DNA of 63,225 nt, the filler included, from Welwitschia mirabilis (Eukaryota): NCBI GenBank assembly GCA_051453625.1. It is 4 parts of one record of this genome, joined end to end, with 100 filler letters (N's around TTAATTAATTAA, not from the genome) between each part and the next. Parts side by side here need not be neighbours in the genome. Positions count along the whole stretch, not along the records: positions 49,884 to 61,646 come from JBOZIK010000001.1; 3 more parts are not named here. One strand, given 5' to 3'. Shown piece by piece: positions 50,640-61,746 of this stretch (position 1 is its first letter; every line of letters begins with the position of its first letter). Made by a program: the position numbers and the translations under genes. The notes beneath the pieces were generated by a model that worked only from the letters and a program-made list of their open reading frames with translations, made no database searches and was not told where the DNA came from.

Positions 50640-52440
50640 CAATAGTACATGAAAATGCTAGGATTAATTCCTTTAATGTTTGATAAGGTCCATCCTATAG
50701 CTTGCTTATGATTTCTCAAAAGGTTAAGTAAGGCATCCCCTTGGGTATAACATAAGATTGAGATAATCATCATGGAATATGTTGAATTATCTCCAAGAAA
50801 AACACATTTAAGATCATTGAAAAATGATTTTAACTTAATAACAAGCTTATATTTACATATAGAGGTGACTCTAGTTCACATAAATAATAATGCTCAAGGT
50901 TATTATGAGAAGAATAAGTGGTTTTCTCAAGCAAAAATAATTCTATGATATCCACATGTTCTATACCTTCTTTAAAATAGGGTTATCTTATAGTACTAAC
51001 ACATAAATTTCTATAGCTATGTTATCAAAGAAAATCTTCATAATACTAGTCCTACAATTCATTAAAATATTGAAAGAAGTAAGGAAGGTTCTTCTTCAGA
51101 TGATAGGTATTCTGTGATAAAAGGTTCTCTCCATTTACAAAACTATAAAGTCCATAAAAAAGTAATAATTTTCTAATTAAACAATCATATCTTTTAATAT
51201 GCCCTTGTATAATTCCAAAGAGTTATTTATTAGTTATAATAGAAGGGTGTTATCTTTAAGGTCATTTAAGCCAAGCTCCTTGTAAATGAAGTAAGATAAG
51301 AGATTGAAACTAACTCCTAAATATAGCAAAGCCTACTTGAAGTGTGTGTTTCCAATTGTGAGAGTTATGGTTACGCATTGTGAATCTTTTTATTTTGAAA
51401 AAATGTTATTTTAAATAATAGCACTAGTTTATTAAGTAAGAAATACTTTCCTCTTCACATTCATCCTCCTCTTGATAGTACATAGGTCCTTTAAGAATTT
51501 GGCATATAAGAATACTTTTTTGACAGCTTCTATAATTTGAATGTCATTTTTTACATCCTTAAAAATCTCAAGTATTTATTATCTAAGTTATTAAGAAAAA
51601 ATTAGAAGTTCTTTATAAGTTAGAGCATCTTATTCTATATCATGATTCATTTCTACTTCTTTCTTACTTTTATATTTACTTTTATGAACTTCTTATTTTT
51701 GTTGCATCCTTTCTACATCCTTATTGATTTTCTTACTACTTCTTAAATGGATAGCCTTGGTTTCTTTAGTTTATGCATCCTACATTAGTTTACAACTTCC
51801 ATAGTTAGGCTCATGTATAGAAGGAATCTTCCCCTTCTCACATTGATTAAGGGATGTAAGGATGTGTATAGTGGTTTGGCTTAACTAATGCATAATTTAT
51901 TCTAACTTTTGTAATTTTGAAAAGGTTTATTAGTTGAAATGGTATTGCATCATGTTGGTATGTTATTGACCTTCCACAAACTTCTTGAATGTATCTTCTA
52001 TAGAATTACAGGTTGAAAAATGATTTAGGTTTTTAGGTTGGCTAGTTAATCCTTGATTAATACTATCTTTCTTCCATGAGAAATTAGAGTAGTTCCTCCA
52101 TCCAAGGTTATGGGTGTCATAGTATGGCTTATTTACTTCTAGTTTTACCAATGTTATACCATAGCATTCACCTACTCTTTTACTTTATCTTGAAACATAG
52201 GGATAGATGGGTATTCTAATGTTTCATACGTGTATACAAGACAAATTTTATAATGAGGTAGTGAAATAATAGGTTTATATTCTATGCTAAGAGACTTAAT
52301 CTTCTTTGAAATTTTATCCAAATTCAAGTTAACTTCAATGTTATTTGAGATTTTGAAGATGCTTGTAGCTTTGACAAATTATGGTGATTATGTTAGATGA
52401 CTAGGCCTCTTCCAGTTATTTAAAATTTTAGCTATGGTTT
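50640..52440 (-). pseudogene. Athila-like gag/protease fragment related to element C
   Basis: ALLYLGVSFNL (protease, ~51300-51333) and YYDTHNLGWRNYSNFSW (ORF 51963-52151). Colinear with 23380-24585. Confidence 0.85.
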
Positions 52441-52441
52441 C

Positions 52442-53420
52442 TATTTAGTTAAGGTTATCAAATTTTTTGCAGTATAGATAAGTATGAATATTTTTCTCAA
52501 AATCCTATTTTTAAAAATTATTAAAGTTAAAGAGGGGTCCACTAGCTCCTAAAAGGGAGTGATTGTACTTGAACAAAGATAGTTAACTATATTTCATAAG
52601 GAGTTTATTGGACCTAGATAAAGGTAGGCAACCAAACATTAGCTAGGATTAACTAGATCAAGTGATGTGAGTTACTTAAATTGACCAAATGAAAAATGGA
52701 TTGACTAGGTCAAGTGAAGAAAATTAATCAGGTTGACTATATGTTTTAAGGGGTTAATAGATTAGAATGGAATAGAAACTTTTTGAACTATTTTCTATAC
52801 ATTACTCCATGCCATTTCTATTCATTACTATGTTAGAACCATTTTATGATGCAATAAACATCTCTCCTATATAAAGAAATCAATCAAAACCTTTTAACCA
52901 CCATTTTTCTAAGAAAAAGAGCATTTGTACTATTGATATTATTTTGATCAAGACATATATCTATACTACAAAAGATTATACTTGTGAACTATTGCTCCAA
53001 GCAGTGTGGTTCATTATTGTTATACTTCAAAATGGGTAAGCCATTGCACTGAGGCATACTTCCATCACCAAAAGCATTACTCTTTGAAGGTTAAGACTGA
53101 GCCTTAAAAAGTATATTTGTAAAGATTACAAGTTGATTTAGAAACTTGGAATAAAAGTAACAAAAATCTAGATTAGCTTATGATTAAAGTTAATAGCTAA
53201 AAGTAAAGTGGGAATGTTTCTAGAATTACTACAAATCACTTGTTTAATGCACATTTTTCATTACTATTATATTCTTGNNNNNNNNNNTAGCTCTCATAAA
53301 AATTTCTTTAGTTAGTTATTTCAATTTTTGTTTAAAATATTATTATATGTGCTTATATATTTTTAGTTGAATTTTTTCGTTAAAATCCTATTCACCCCCC
53401 AAAGATTTTTAGATCCTTTA
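52442..53420 (+). repeat. 5' LTR of SIRE element J (start approximate)
   Basis: Begins where homology of the host gag stops. Contains GTYRAC-core repeats, TATATAA at ~52868 and a C-rich terminal motif, and is followed by the PBS. Confidence 0.7.
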
Positions 53421-53484
53421 TTTGGTATCAGAATAGGTTAAGTCAGTAATAGATTCTAACAAATCTTGACTTATAACTCTAGCC

Positions 53485-56400
53485 ATGAGTAATCCTTTAG
53501 ATGAATTCTCTACTAAAAAGCCAACATGGTTTTATAAAACTTATAACGCTTATTGGAAATCTAGAACGATAATTTTCTATAGATCGCTTGATGTGGATAT
53601 AGAAGATGTAGTCTACAATGGATATGTCCATCCTATAATAACCAAAAAGGACAGTAGTGAAAATTTCAAAACCATCTTAAGATTAAAATATTAATAAATA
53701 CCTATTGATAAAGTAAATTATACTTTGGATGCCTATGCTCTTAATACTATTTTGTGTGTTGTGTGTGCAGAAGAATTCAAGAGAATAGTAAATTACAAAA
53801 TTGTTAAAGAAGCATGAGATATTCTTGAAATACCTTATAAAGGGACTTCCACATAAAATAAGAAAAATTTTAGATGTTGATTATCAATTTTGAAGATATT
53901 AATATGGTAGAGGAAAAAACTCTCTAAGAGTTCTTTGTTAAAGTAAAAGACATATCGAACTTAATGTTGATCCTAAAAGAAAACATGAATGAAGTAAAAG
54001 TAGTAAGAAAAGTATTAAGATCTCTTCCAAGCACCTTAAACAAAAGGTAACCACCATTGAAGAAATTAAAAATATCAACCTAATGGCCTTTAATGAATTA
54101 AAAAGTAATCTTTAAACTTATGAACTAAAATTTCCCAAAGATAAGAAGAAAAGTCTTACTTTAAAAAAATGTATGATGAAGTAAAATATGAGAGATTGGA
54201 TTATGACCTTAACAAGGATGAAGTAGAACTATTGGTAAGAGGATTTTAAAATTCTTGTATAGAAAAAAAAAAAGAGATGTAGAAACAATCAAAGGGATTA
54301 GAAGGGATGAAATAAAACTAAGAAGAGATAAAGAAACCAACGAAGATCCAGTTCTATACTTGTAAAGGCTATGGACATATTGCTAATGAATGTCAAAATA
54401 ATAAAAGAAATTAGAAAAGATCTAAAAAACCATATCATATTACAACTTGAAATAACTTAAATGATAAAGAAGATAATAGTTTTGGTCATGAGTCAAAAGA
54501 AGATAGAAGACTCTCTTTCCTGGAAATAGCCTCAACTTTAAGTAAAATTTTCTATCCAACTAAACTAGATGGTTATACATCATAAAGGAAGGGAAAAAAT
54601 TTAGAAGATACGTATTAAGAGCTGTACTTAAAATGTAAGAAACTAATTAAGCAGATAACAAAAACTAAAAAAAATGCTAAAGTTTCTATATAATGAAAAT
54701 GAATCTTTGAAGCTTAACTACATGAAAATCCAAATGGAAAATAAAGGTTTGATTCATGAGGTAGAAATTTTATCTCATTTTGTAAATAAATTTTTTAACA
54801 ACTCTAGCAAATTGGAATAAATGATAGGAATAGGACAGTCAGAGCATGATAAAAGAGGTATTGGATTTTCTTCCTTAAAACCATTCACATTCTCTAATCA
54901 GGTAAATTGAAAAATAAAAATTTCATTTTAAAGATTACTTATCATTTTTATGATAAATTAGGTCACTCTAAGTTATTTTGCAATTTCAAAAAGGTCATTC
55001 CTTTTTAAAGTAACATCAGTACTTTTCCTTTAACATTTATACCTAAATATTCATCATCACAATAGCTTAAAAAGCTAGATGGATGAGGGCTAATAATTTA
55101 AAAAGTTTATTAATTCAAATAGATTTCAAGACTAGTAGTGGAACTTGCTGGTACTTGAATAACAACTTCTCTTATCATATGATAAGTAACAATTCAAGAT
55201 TCAAATGCCTAGATAACTTTAATGAGGGAGAGGTAACCTTTAATGATGATGAAAATGTAAAACATAAAGACATAGGAAGCATTGGTGGAGGTGACATATC
55301 TCAATATATTAAAGTTCCATATGTAAATGGTCTTAAACATTATTTTCTTAGTATCATCCAAATCTATAATCAAGGACATAAACTTATTTTTTATAGTTAA
55401 AAGTGTGAATTTAGACATGATAAAATAGATGAGGTTCTTCTTAAAGTAAATAGAATAGATAATGTTTATGTTATTAAACAACACTTTTCTATTTGTCATT
55501 TTTTTCCAAGTTAACTAAGAAGATCTATGACACCAACATTTAGGACATGTAAACTATGATTAATTCTAACTCTTATTAAAAAGGAGATTGTGAGAGGGAT
55601 TTTTAAGAATTAATGTTGGTAAACATGGTTTGTATAATTCTTATCAAAAGGGGAAAAATTAAAATCTCCCATAAAAGAACAAACTTAGTATCCACATCTA
55701 TGCCTCTTAAACTTATTCATATGGACTTGGTAGGTCCTTCACAAACCAAAAGTCTGGTAAGAAAGTGATATTTTTTGGCATTGATTTATAACTACTCCAG
55801 ATTTACTTGGACTATTTTCCTAAAAAACAAAGATGAAACATTCAATAGATTTATTAAGATATGCAATGAAATTCAAAATAAAAAAGGGTATTCTATTAAA
55901 TAAATTAGAAGTTATCATGGAGTCAAATTTGAAAATCATTATTGAAAAAGTATTATATTCATAATGGTATTGATCATGATTTTTTAGCACCAAAAATACC
56001 ACAACATAATGGTATAGCTAAAAGTAAAAATAGAGCTCTTCAAAAGATGATAAGAACAATTCTAAACAATAAGTAAGTTCTAAGAACTTTTTGGATTAAA
56101 GCAATGAGTTCTGCATGATACAAAATAAATAGAGTCTATCTTTAGCAAAATATGGATAAGACTCCCTATGATCTTTGGAAAGGAAGAAAACTAAACATAT
56201 CTTGTTTTAAAGTCTTTTATAGTAAATGTTTCATTTTGAAGGATAAAGAACCCTTAAGCAAATTTAAATCTAAAGTAGACAAAGCATTTTTTCCTTGGAT
56301 ATTCTAATCGAAGTAGAGCCTATAAAATCTTTAATAAATGAAGCCTTAAATAGAATAATATTTAAATATGTAAATTAATGACACTACCTTTCAATCATTA

Positions 56401-58160
56401 TCTACAAGTGATGAAGAAAATCCCTTACAAAATTTCACAAATACAAGAAGTATTCAAGAAAGAAGGAAAATGAAGTAAAACAAGAATCAAGATAAGAATA
56501 AAATGCGAAACATTTTGAATAATTAAAAGATCATCCTCTTAATTCAGTTATTGAAGATGTAAATTCAAAGGTGCACACTAGATACTTACTTAAAAATTTT
56601 TATGCACATGTGTGTTATGTGTCTTAGGTTTAACCTAAGAATGATGAGGAGGCTAAAATGCATTAAGAATGGATGATATCAATGTAAGAGGAATTATAGT
56701 AGTTTAAAAGAAATGATGTTTGAAATCTAGTTGAAAGACCTAAGGATTGAAATGTGATTAAAATAAAGTGGATATTAAAAACTAATATGATAAACGAAAC
56801 AACATGATCAAGAATAAAATAAGACTAGTATTTAAGGGTACAATCAGATTAGAGGAATTGATGTAGGAGATACTTTTACTCTAGTGGCTAGGTTAGATAG
56901 TATTAAAATATTTCTTTAATTTGCAACTTTTAAAAATTTTGAAGTCATTCAAATGGATGTTAAAAGTGATTCCTTAAAGATTATTCCCAATGAAGAGGTT
57001 TATGTAGAATAATCTAGAGGCTTTTATAGATCCTCATAAATCAAATCATGTTTATAGATTTAAAAAAACTTAATAAATATTCAAATAGACCCTTAGGACT
57101 TGGTATGAAAAATTAAGAAACTTTTTTAAGTAAAGTGGTTCTAACTAGGGATCAGTAGGTAAAACTCTATTTGTAAAGAAATTTTAACAAGACTTCATCA
57201 TTATTTAAATATATGTTGATGACATAATTTTTGGATCCTCAAAGAAAGAAATAATAAAATAATTTGCTAATATCATGACAAAAAACTTTAAGATGAGCAT
57301 GCTAGAAGAGGTAAGTATGTTTCTTAAATTGTAAATTAAATAATCTAATTAAGAAAATTTCATCTACCAATCTAAGTATGCTAAGAAATTAGTAAATGTT
57401 TTGGACTTAAGAATGCAAAATCCACTACCACCTCTATGTCAATAATATATATAAAATTAATCTTGACAATCAAGAAAACTGATAGATCAAAAACTATATA
57501 AGAATATGATAGGAAGCATGTCGTATTTAGCATTTAGTAGAATTGATACAATGTTTCATATGACTAGTTGTGTAAGATATCATGTAAATCCTAAACAATT
57601 ACACTTTTAAGGTATAAAAAGAATTAGAAGATACATAAAAGATAATTTTGATTATAGGCTATGGTATCCCAAAGGAACATCTTTAAACTTGCAGGATTTA
57701 GTAATGTAGATTATGCTAGATGTAAGAATAATAAAAAAAGTACAAGTGGGAATTGTTTATTTCTTAGCACTTATCTGGTAAGTTAAGTAAGCAAGAAATA
57801 AAACTCCATCTCTCTTTTTAGAGTCGAAGTAAAATACATAGAAGTAGGAAGTTGTTGTATCCATCTTTTATAGATGAAGAAAATGTTAAAAGATTTTTGA
57901 GTCAACTATAACTAGGTACCATATTTTGTTATAACACTAGTGGTATAAACATATTAAAAAAAATCCTATTTAGCATTCTTATACTAAATATATTGAACTT
58001 AGATATTATTTTCTTAAATATTAAGTTGAAAAATGGAATATTACTATGAATATTATAAACATCGATCAATAACTAACTGATGTCTTTATAAAACTTCTAA
58101 TATTTAACAAAGTTTTACATCTTTGATGTGATCTAGGGGTTCTGTCACCATCCTTTAACT
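53485..58160 (+). pseudogene. gag-pol pseudogene of SIRE element J
   Basis: MSNPLDEFSTKKPTWF...YWKSR (gag); FYTCKGYGHIANEC (Zn knuckle, ~54352-54393); WYLNNNFSYHM and VNGLKHYFLSI (protease); IHMDLVGPS (integrase); QMDVKS and IYVDDIIFGS (RT, ~56950-57240); KSTSG and HTKYIELRY-like (RNase H). Confidence 0.92.
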
Positions 58161-58424
58161 AAAAGTAGGATGGTTTACTAGATTGTAAATCTAGTTAACT
58201 AGACCTAGAGAAGTCATGTTAATTAGATTTTTATCCGGTCCCCTAGACTTATTTTAGATTCAACTTATTATATTATGTTTTATCAATTGATGTCAAACTA
58301 ATGTTTTCTATGTAGAAAATTTTGCATATCTTCTGAAAAAGATGTTAATCACTTGTAAGTTAGACACTGAAGTCAAAATATCGAAATATGATCATTAGAA
58401 ATATATCAAGTTTATTTACCCTCT

Positions 58425-58760
58425 TAAGAAGTTGACTGAACTTTTAAGGAGTTACTGCACTTAGAGAAAACACTCATAATTGGACTAAATTTAGAGGGGT
58501 CAACCAAATTTATGATGGAGTTAACTAGACCTATGATCTTAAGAGTTAATATCCCTAAATCAAATGACAAGAGGTTGACTAGACCTTGGATGAGTTAACT
58601 ATATTTATAGACTTAAGAATGGTATTACTAAACTGAATTTCAAGGGGTCGACCATACCTATGATGGAGTTGATTGGATCTGTGAACCTAAGAAAAATACT
58701 TTTGAATTGATTACCAAGGGGTTAACCTAATCTTTGAAGGAACCTATTGGACTTGATCAC
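58425..58760 (+). repeat. Degenerate tandem repeat, ~74 bp unit x ~4.5, in the SIRE LTR
   Basis: G(A/G)GGTYRAC cores at ~58427, 58497, 58571, 58644 and 58718, most followed ~21 bp later by a second GAGTTRA core. Confidence 0.7.
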
Positions 58761-59229
58761 TATATAGATGATGTAAGAAATTGGTATGATCTTTTATTAG
58801 GACTAGTAGGCAATCAGACATAATTGCAAGTGACAANNNNNNNNNNGAATCCATTATGTATTAGTTAGATAGCCATTTTCTAGTTGTTTATAATCATTAG
58901 AAGCATATTTTCAAATGTAATAAATTCTAAAATCCTTCGAATCTAAATAACCAAGAGAAAAAAGACAAAAATACTTTTTGATACATTTTTGGATATCTTT
59001 TGAATCTTGACCTAAGGATGAAATACTATGTTATTTACTATAGCATCTTGGCTTTGTACTCCTGACCAAGAAAGATCTATTATTTGTTGTATCTGTACAT
59101 TTAAGGTTAGATCTGGTTCTTTACTTATTGTATTATCTATAGTAGAAGAGCTCCATCAAAACTACTGTACCAAAGAACGAGTGATATTTATGCATCTTAA
59201 TACTATTTTATCACTATCTTACTTTATGG

Positions 59230-59361
59230 AAGGTTGAGACTTAGCCTATAAAAGTCCATTCAAAGGTTGAAACTAAGCCTAGAAATATACATTTAAAGGT
59301 TAAGACTAAACTTGAAAAAGTCTATTCAAAGATTAAGACTAAGCCTAGAAAAGTCTATTTG
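59230..59361 (+). repeat. Tandem repeat, 33 bp x 4
   Basis: AAGGTTRARACTAAGCCTAGAAAAGTCTATTCA-like units start at 59230, 59263, 59296 and 59329. Confidence 0.85.
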
Positions 59362-61646
59362 TAAAGGTTACAGATGAACCTACAATACCTAAAGGAGTAA
59401 CAAAGATCTATATCAAGCTTGGTAATAAGATAATAGTTAAGAGTAGAGTAGGGGATTTCTCAAATCACTGTAAAATCCTATATGCATCTATTTAGTATTT
59501 TATGTTTTCTATCAGTTTTATTACCTTAAATATTTTTATTTTTTCTTTATATGCATGATTTTATTAGTAAGTTAGTATGAGAAAGTTTTTATTATATCAT
59601 GACTTTGGTTAATTCTTTAAAAGAACCTATTCAATCACCCCCCTCCCCTTCTTCCTAATATTCTCGGTCCTATCAATTGGTATTAGAGCTAAGTTAAGTC
59701 TTTCTTTAGATTTTAATTGATCTATGCTTTAGAACCTTACAATGAGTAATTCCTTTGTTGATTTTTCAAATATGCCCTTCTTAGAAATCTATACTTTTAT
59801 TTGTATATTTTAGATAGTATGAAGATATATGTTAAAATAGATTGCAAATAGTGAAAATGCAAAGGAGTCAAGTAAAAGTAATATAAGTTTAGATCAAAAA
59901 TATGATGAAGATGAGAGACTTTCTTTTATGACAATTATGCATCCCTTATAGAATTTACTTAATACATCAGAGCGAGATGATTTAAATGTGATTAATGAAG
60001 AATAGGATGAGCTAGAAAATACTTGTTAAGAACTATACCAAAAATGTAAAAGGTTAGTTAAAAGAATAAATAACTTAAACAAGACTATAAAATCTATCAC
60101 TAATGAAAAAGAGGAAATGAAATCAAGATTTAAGAAGATTAAATCAGAAAAATTTAACCTCATCCCATAGGTAAGAGTTATCTCATTTTGTTAATAAATT
60201 TTTTGGTGGTTCTTCCAAATTAGAATATATGCTTGGAGTTCAGAAATCTATTGGTGGCAAGTTAGCTATTAGGTTCATGTTATAAAACTCTCAGAAGCAA
60301 CAAAATCAAGTAACATGGAATAGTCAGTTCTTCTCAAAAGTTACTTATCAGTTCTGTGAAAAAATTGGTCATTCAAAACTTTATGCAATGCTAGAAATTA
60401 ATGTTATTCTTAAAATTAATTAGTAATTTTTCTTTTAAATTTATTTCAAAAGAAGGTGTATAACATAAGTTTAAAAAGACTATATGGATGAAAGCTAATG
60501 ATCATAAAAGTCTTTTAATTAAGATAGCTTTCAAGGTTTCAAATAACCCTAGATAATATCTAAATAGTGGGTGTTCAAGGCATATGATAGGAGACAAATC
60601 CAAGTTTAAGCAATTAAGAAATTTTAGAGGTAACTTTTAGTAACAACAAGAGAGAAAAAATAGAATCCATTAAAAGCATTGCTAGAGATAATCTTCCTAA
60701 AATTAATGAAGTTTTGTATGTAGATGGTTTAAAGCATAACTTATTGAGCATTAGTTAAATTTATGAAAAAGGTCAAAAAGTAGTCTTTAATAAATCAAAA
60801 TATGAAATTTTGCATGGAAAATATAATGATGTAATTCTTAGAGCAAGTATAATAGATAATGTATATAGCATAGATCAATCATTTTCTCCATGTTATTTTC
60901 CAAATGTTCCTCAAGAAGAGCTTTGGCATAAATGGTTAGATTATATTAATTATAATCAATTAAAAATAATTATTCATAAAAATATTGTGGAAGGTATTCT
61001 TAACATAAATGTAGAAAAACAAGGCTTATGTGATGTATCCAAAAGGGAAAACAAATAAGGACTTTACATAAAAGTAAAAATCAGACTTCCACATCTATAT
61101 TATAAGATCTTATCCATATGGATCTAATAGGTCTATTCAAACTTGAATTTTAGGGGAAAAACATTATTTTATCATTATAATTGATGACTTCTCTAGATAT
61201 ACTTGGGTATCCTTCTTGTCAAACAAGTTTGAAGCTTACAAACATTGGATTAAGATATGCAAAAAGATTCAAAATAAAAATGGTTATGCCATAAAAAAAA
61301 TATGAAGTGATCATGGTAGTCAATTTGAGAACCATTTTTTTTTTTTTTAAGAAATATTTCATTGATAATGGAATTGATCATCAATTGTTATCCCCAAAAA
61401 TACCACAACAAAATGGTATAGCAGAAAGAAAGAACAGAGTCCTCCAAGAAATGATACAAACTATCTTAAACAATAAGGAGGTTCCTAAATCTTTTTGGGC
61501 TAAGGCAGTTAGCACAACATGCTACATTATTAATAGAGTATATCTTAGTCCTGGTATAGATAAAACACTATATGAGTTATGGAAAGGAAGACAACCTAAT
61601 GTTTCATATTTTAAAGTCTTCAAAAGTAAATGATATGTGCTGAAAG

Positions 61647-61746
61647 NNNNNNNNNNNNNNNNNNNNNNNNNNNNNNNNNNNNNNNNNNNNTTAATTAATT
61701 AANNNNNNNNNNNNNNNNNNNNNNNNNNNNNNNNNNNNNNNNNNNN
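61647..61746. other. Artificial contig-join spacer
   Basis: 44 N + TTAATTAATTAA + 44 N. Confidence 0.95.

Larger units (their letters stand above)
52442..58230 (+). mobile_element. Sirevirus (SIRE/Maximus-type) Ty1/copia element J, no 3' LTR seen
   Basis: ~1 kb LTR ending with the CCTATTCACCCCCC motif (53387-53400), PBS TGGTATCAGA at 53423, long gag with two Zn-knuckle remnants, and complete copia pol order. Confidence 0.88.
58232..61646 (+). mobile_element. Second Sirevirus element K (LTR, PBS, internally deleted gag, protease, integrase), truncated at a contig linker
   Basis: LTR ending CCTATTCAATCACCCCCCTCCCC...CCTATCA (59675), PBS TGGTATTAGAGC (59678-59689), ATGAGTAAT gag start at 59742, YLNSGCSRHM (~60558-60586), and integrase ORF 61307-61633 (PQQNGIAERKNRVLQEM...FWAKAVST). 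The LTR start is approximate. Confidence 0.85.

Noticed and set aside
59230..59361. CRISPR-like array
   Set aside because: The units are contiguous with no unique spacers, sit inside a plant LTR, and no cas genes are present.
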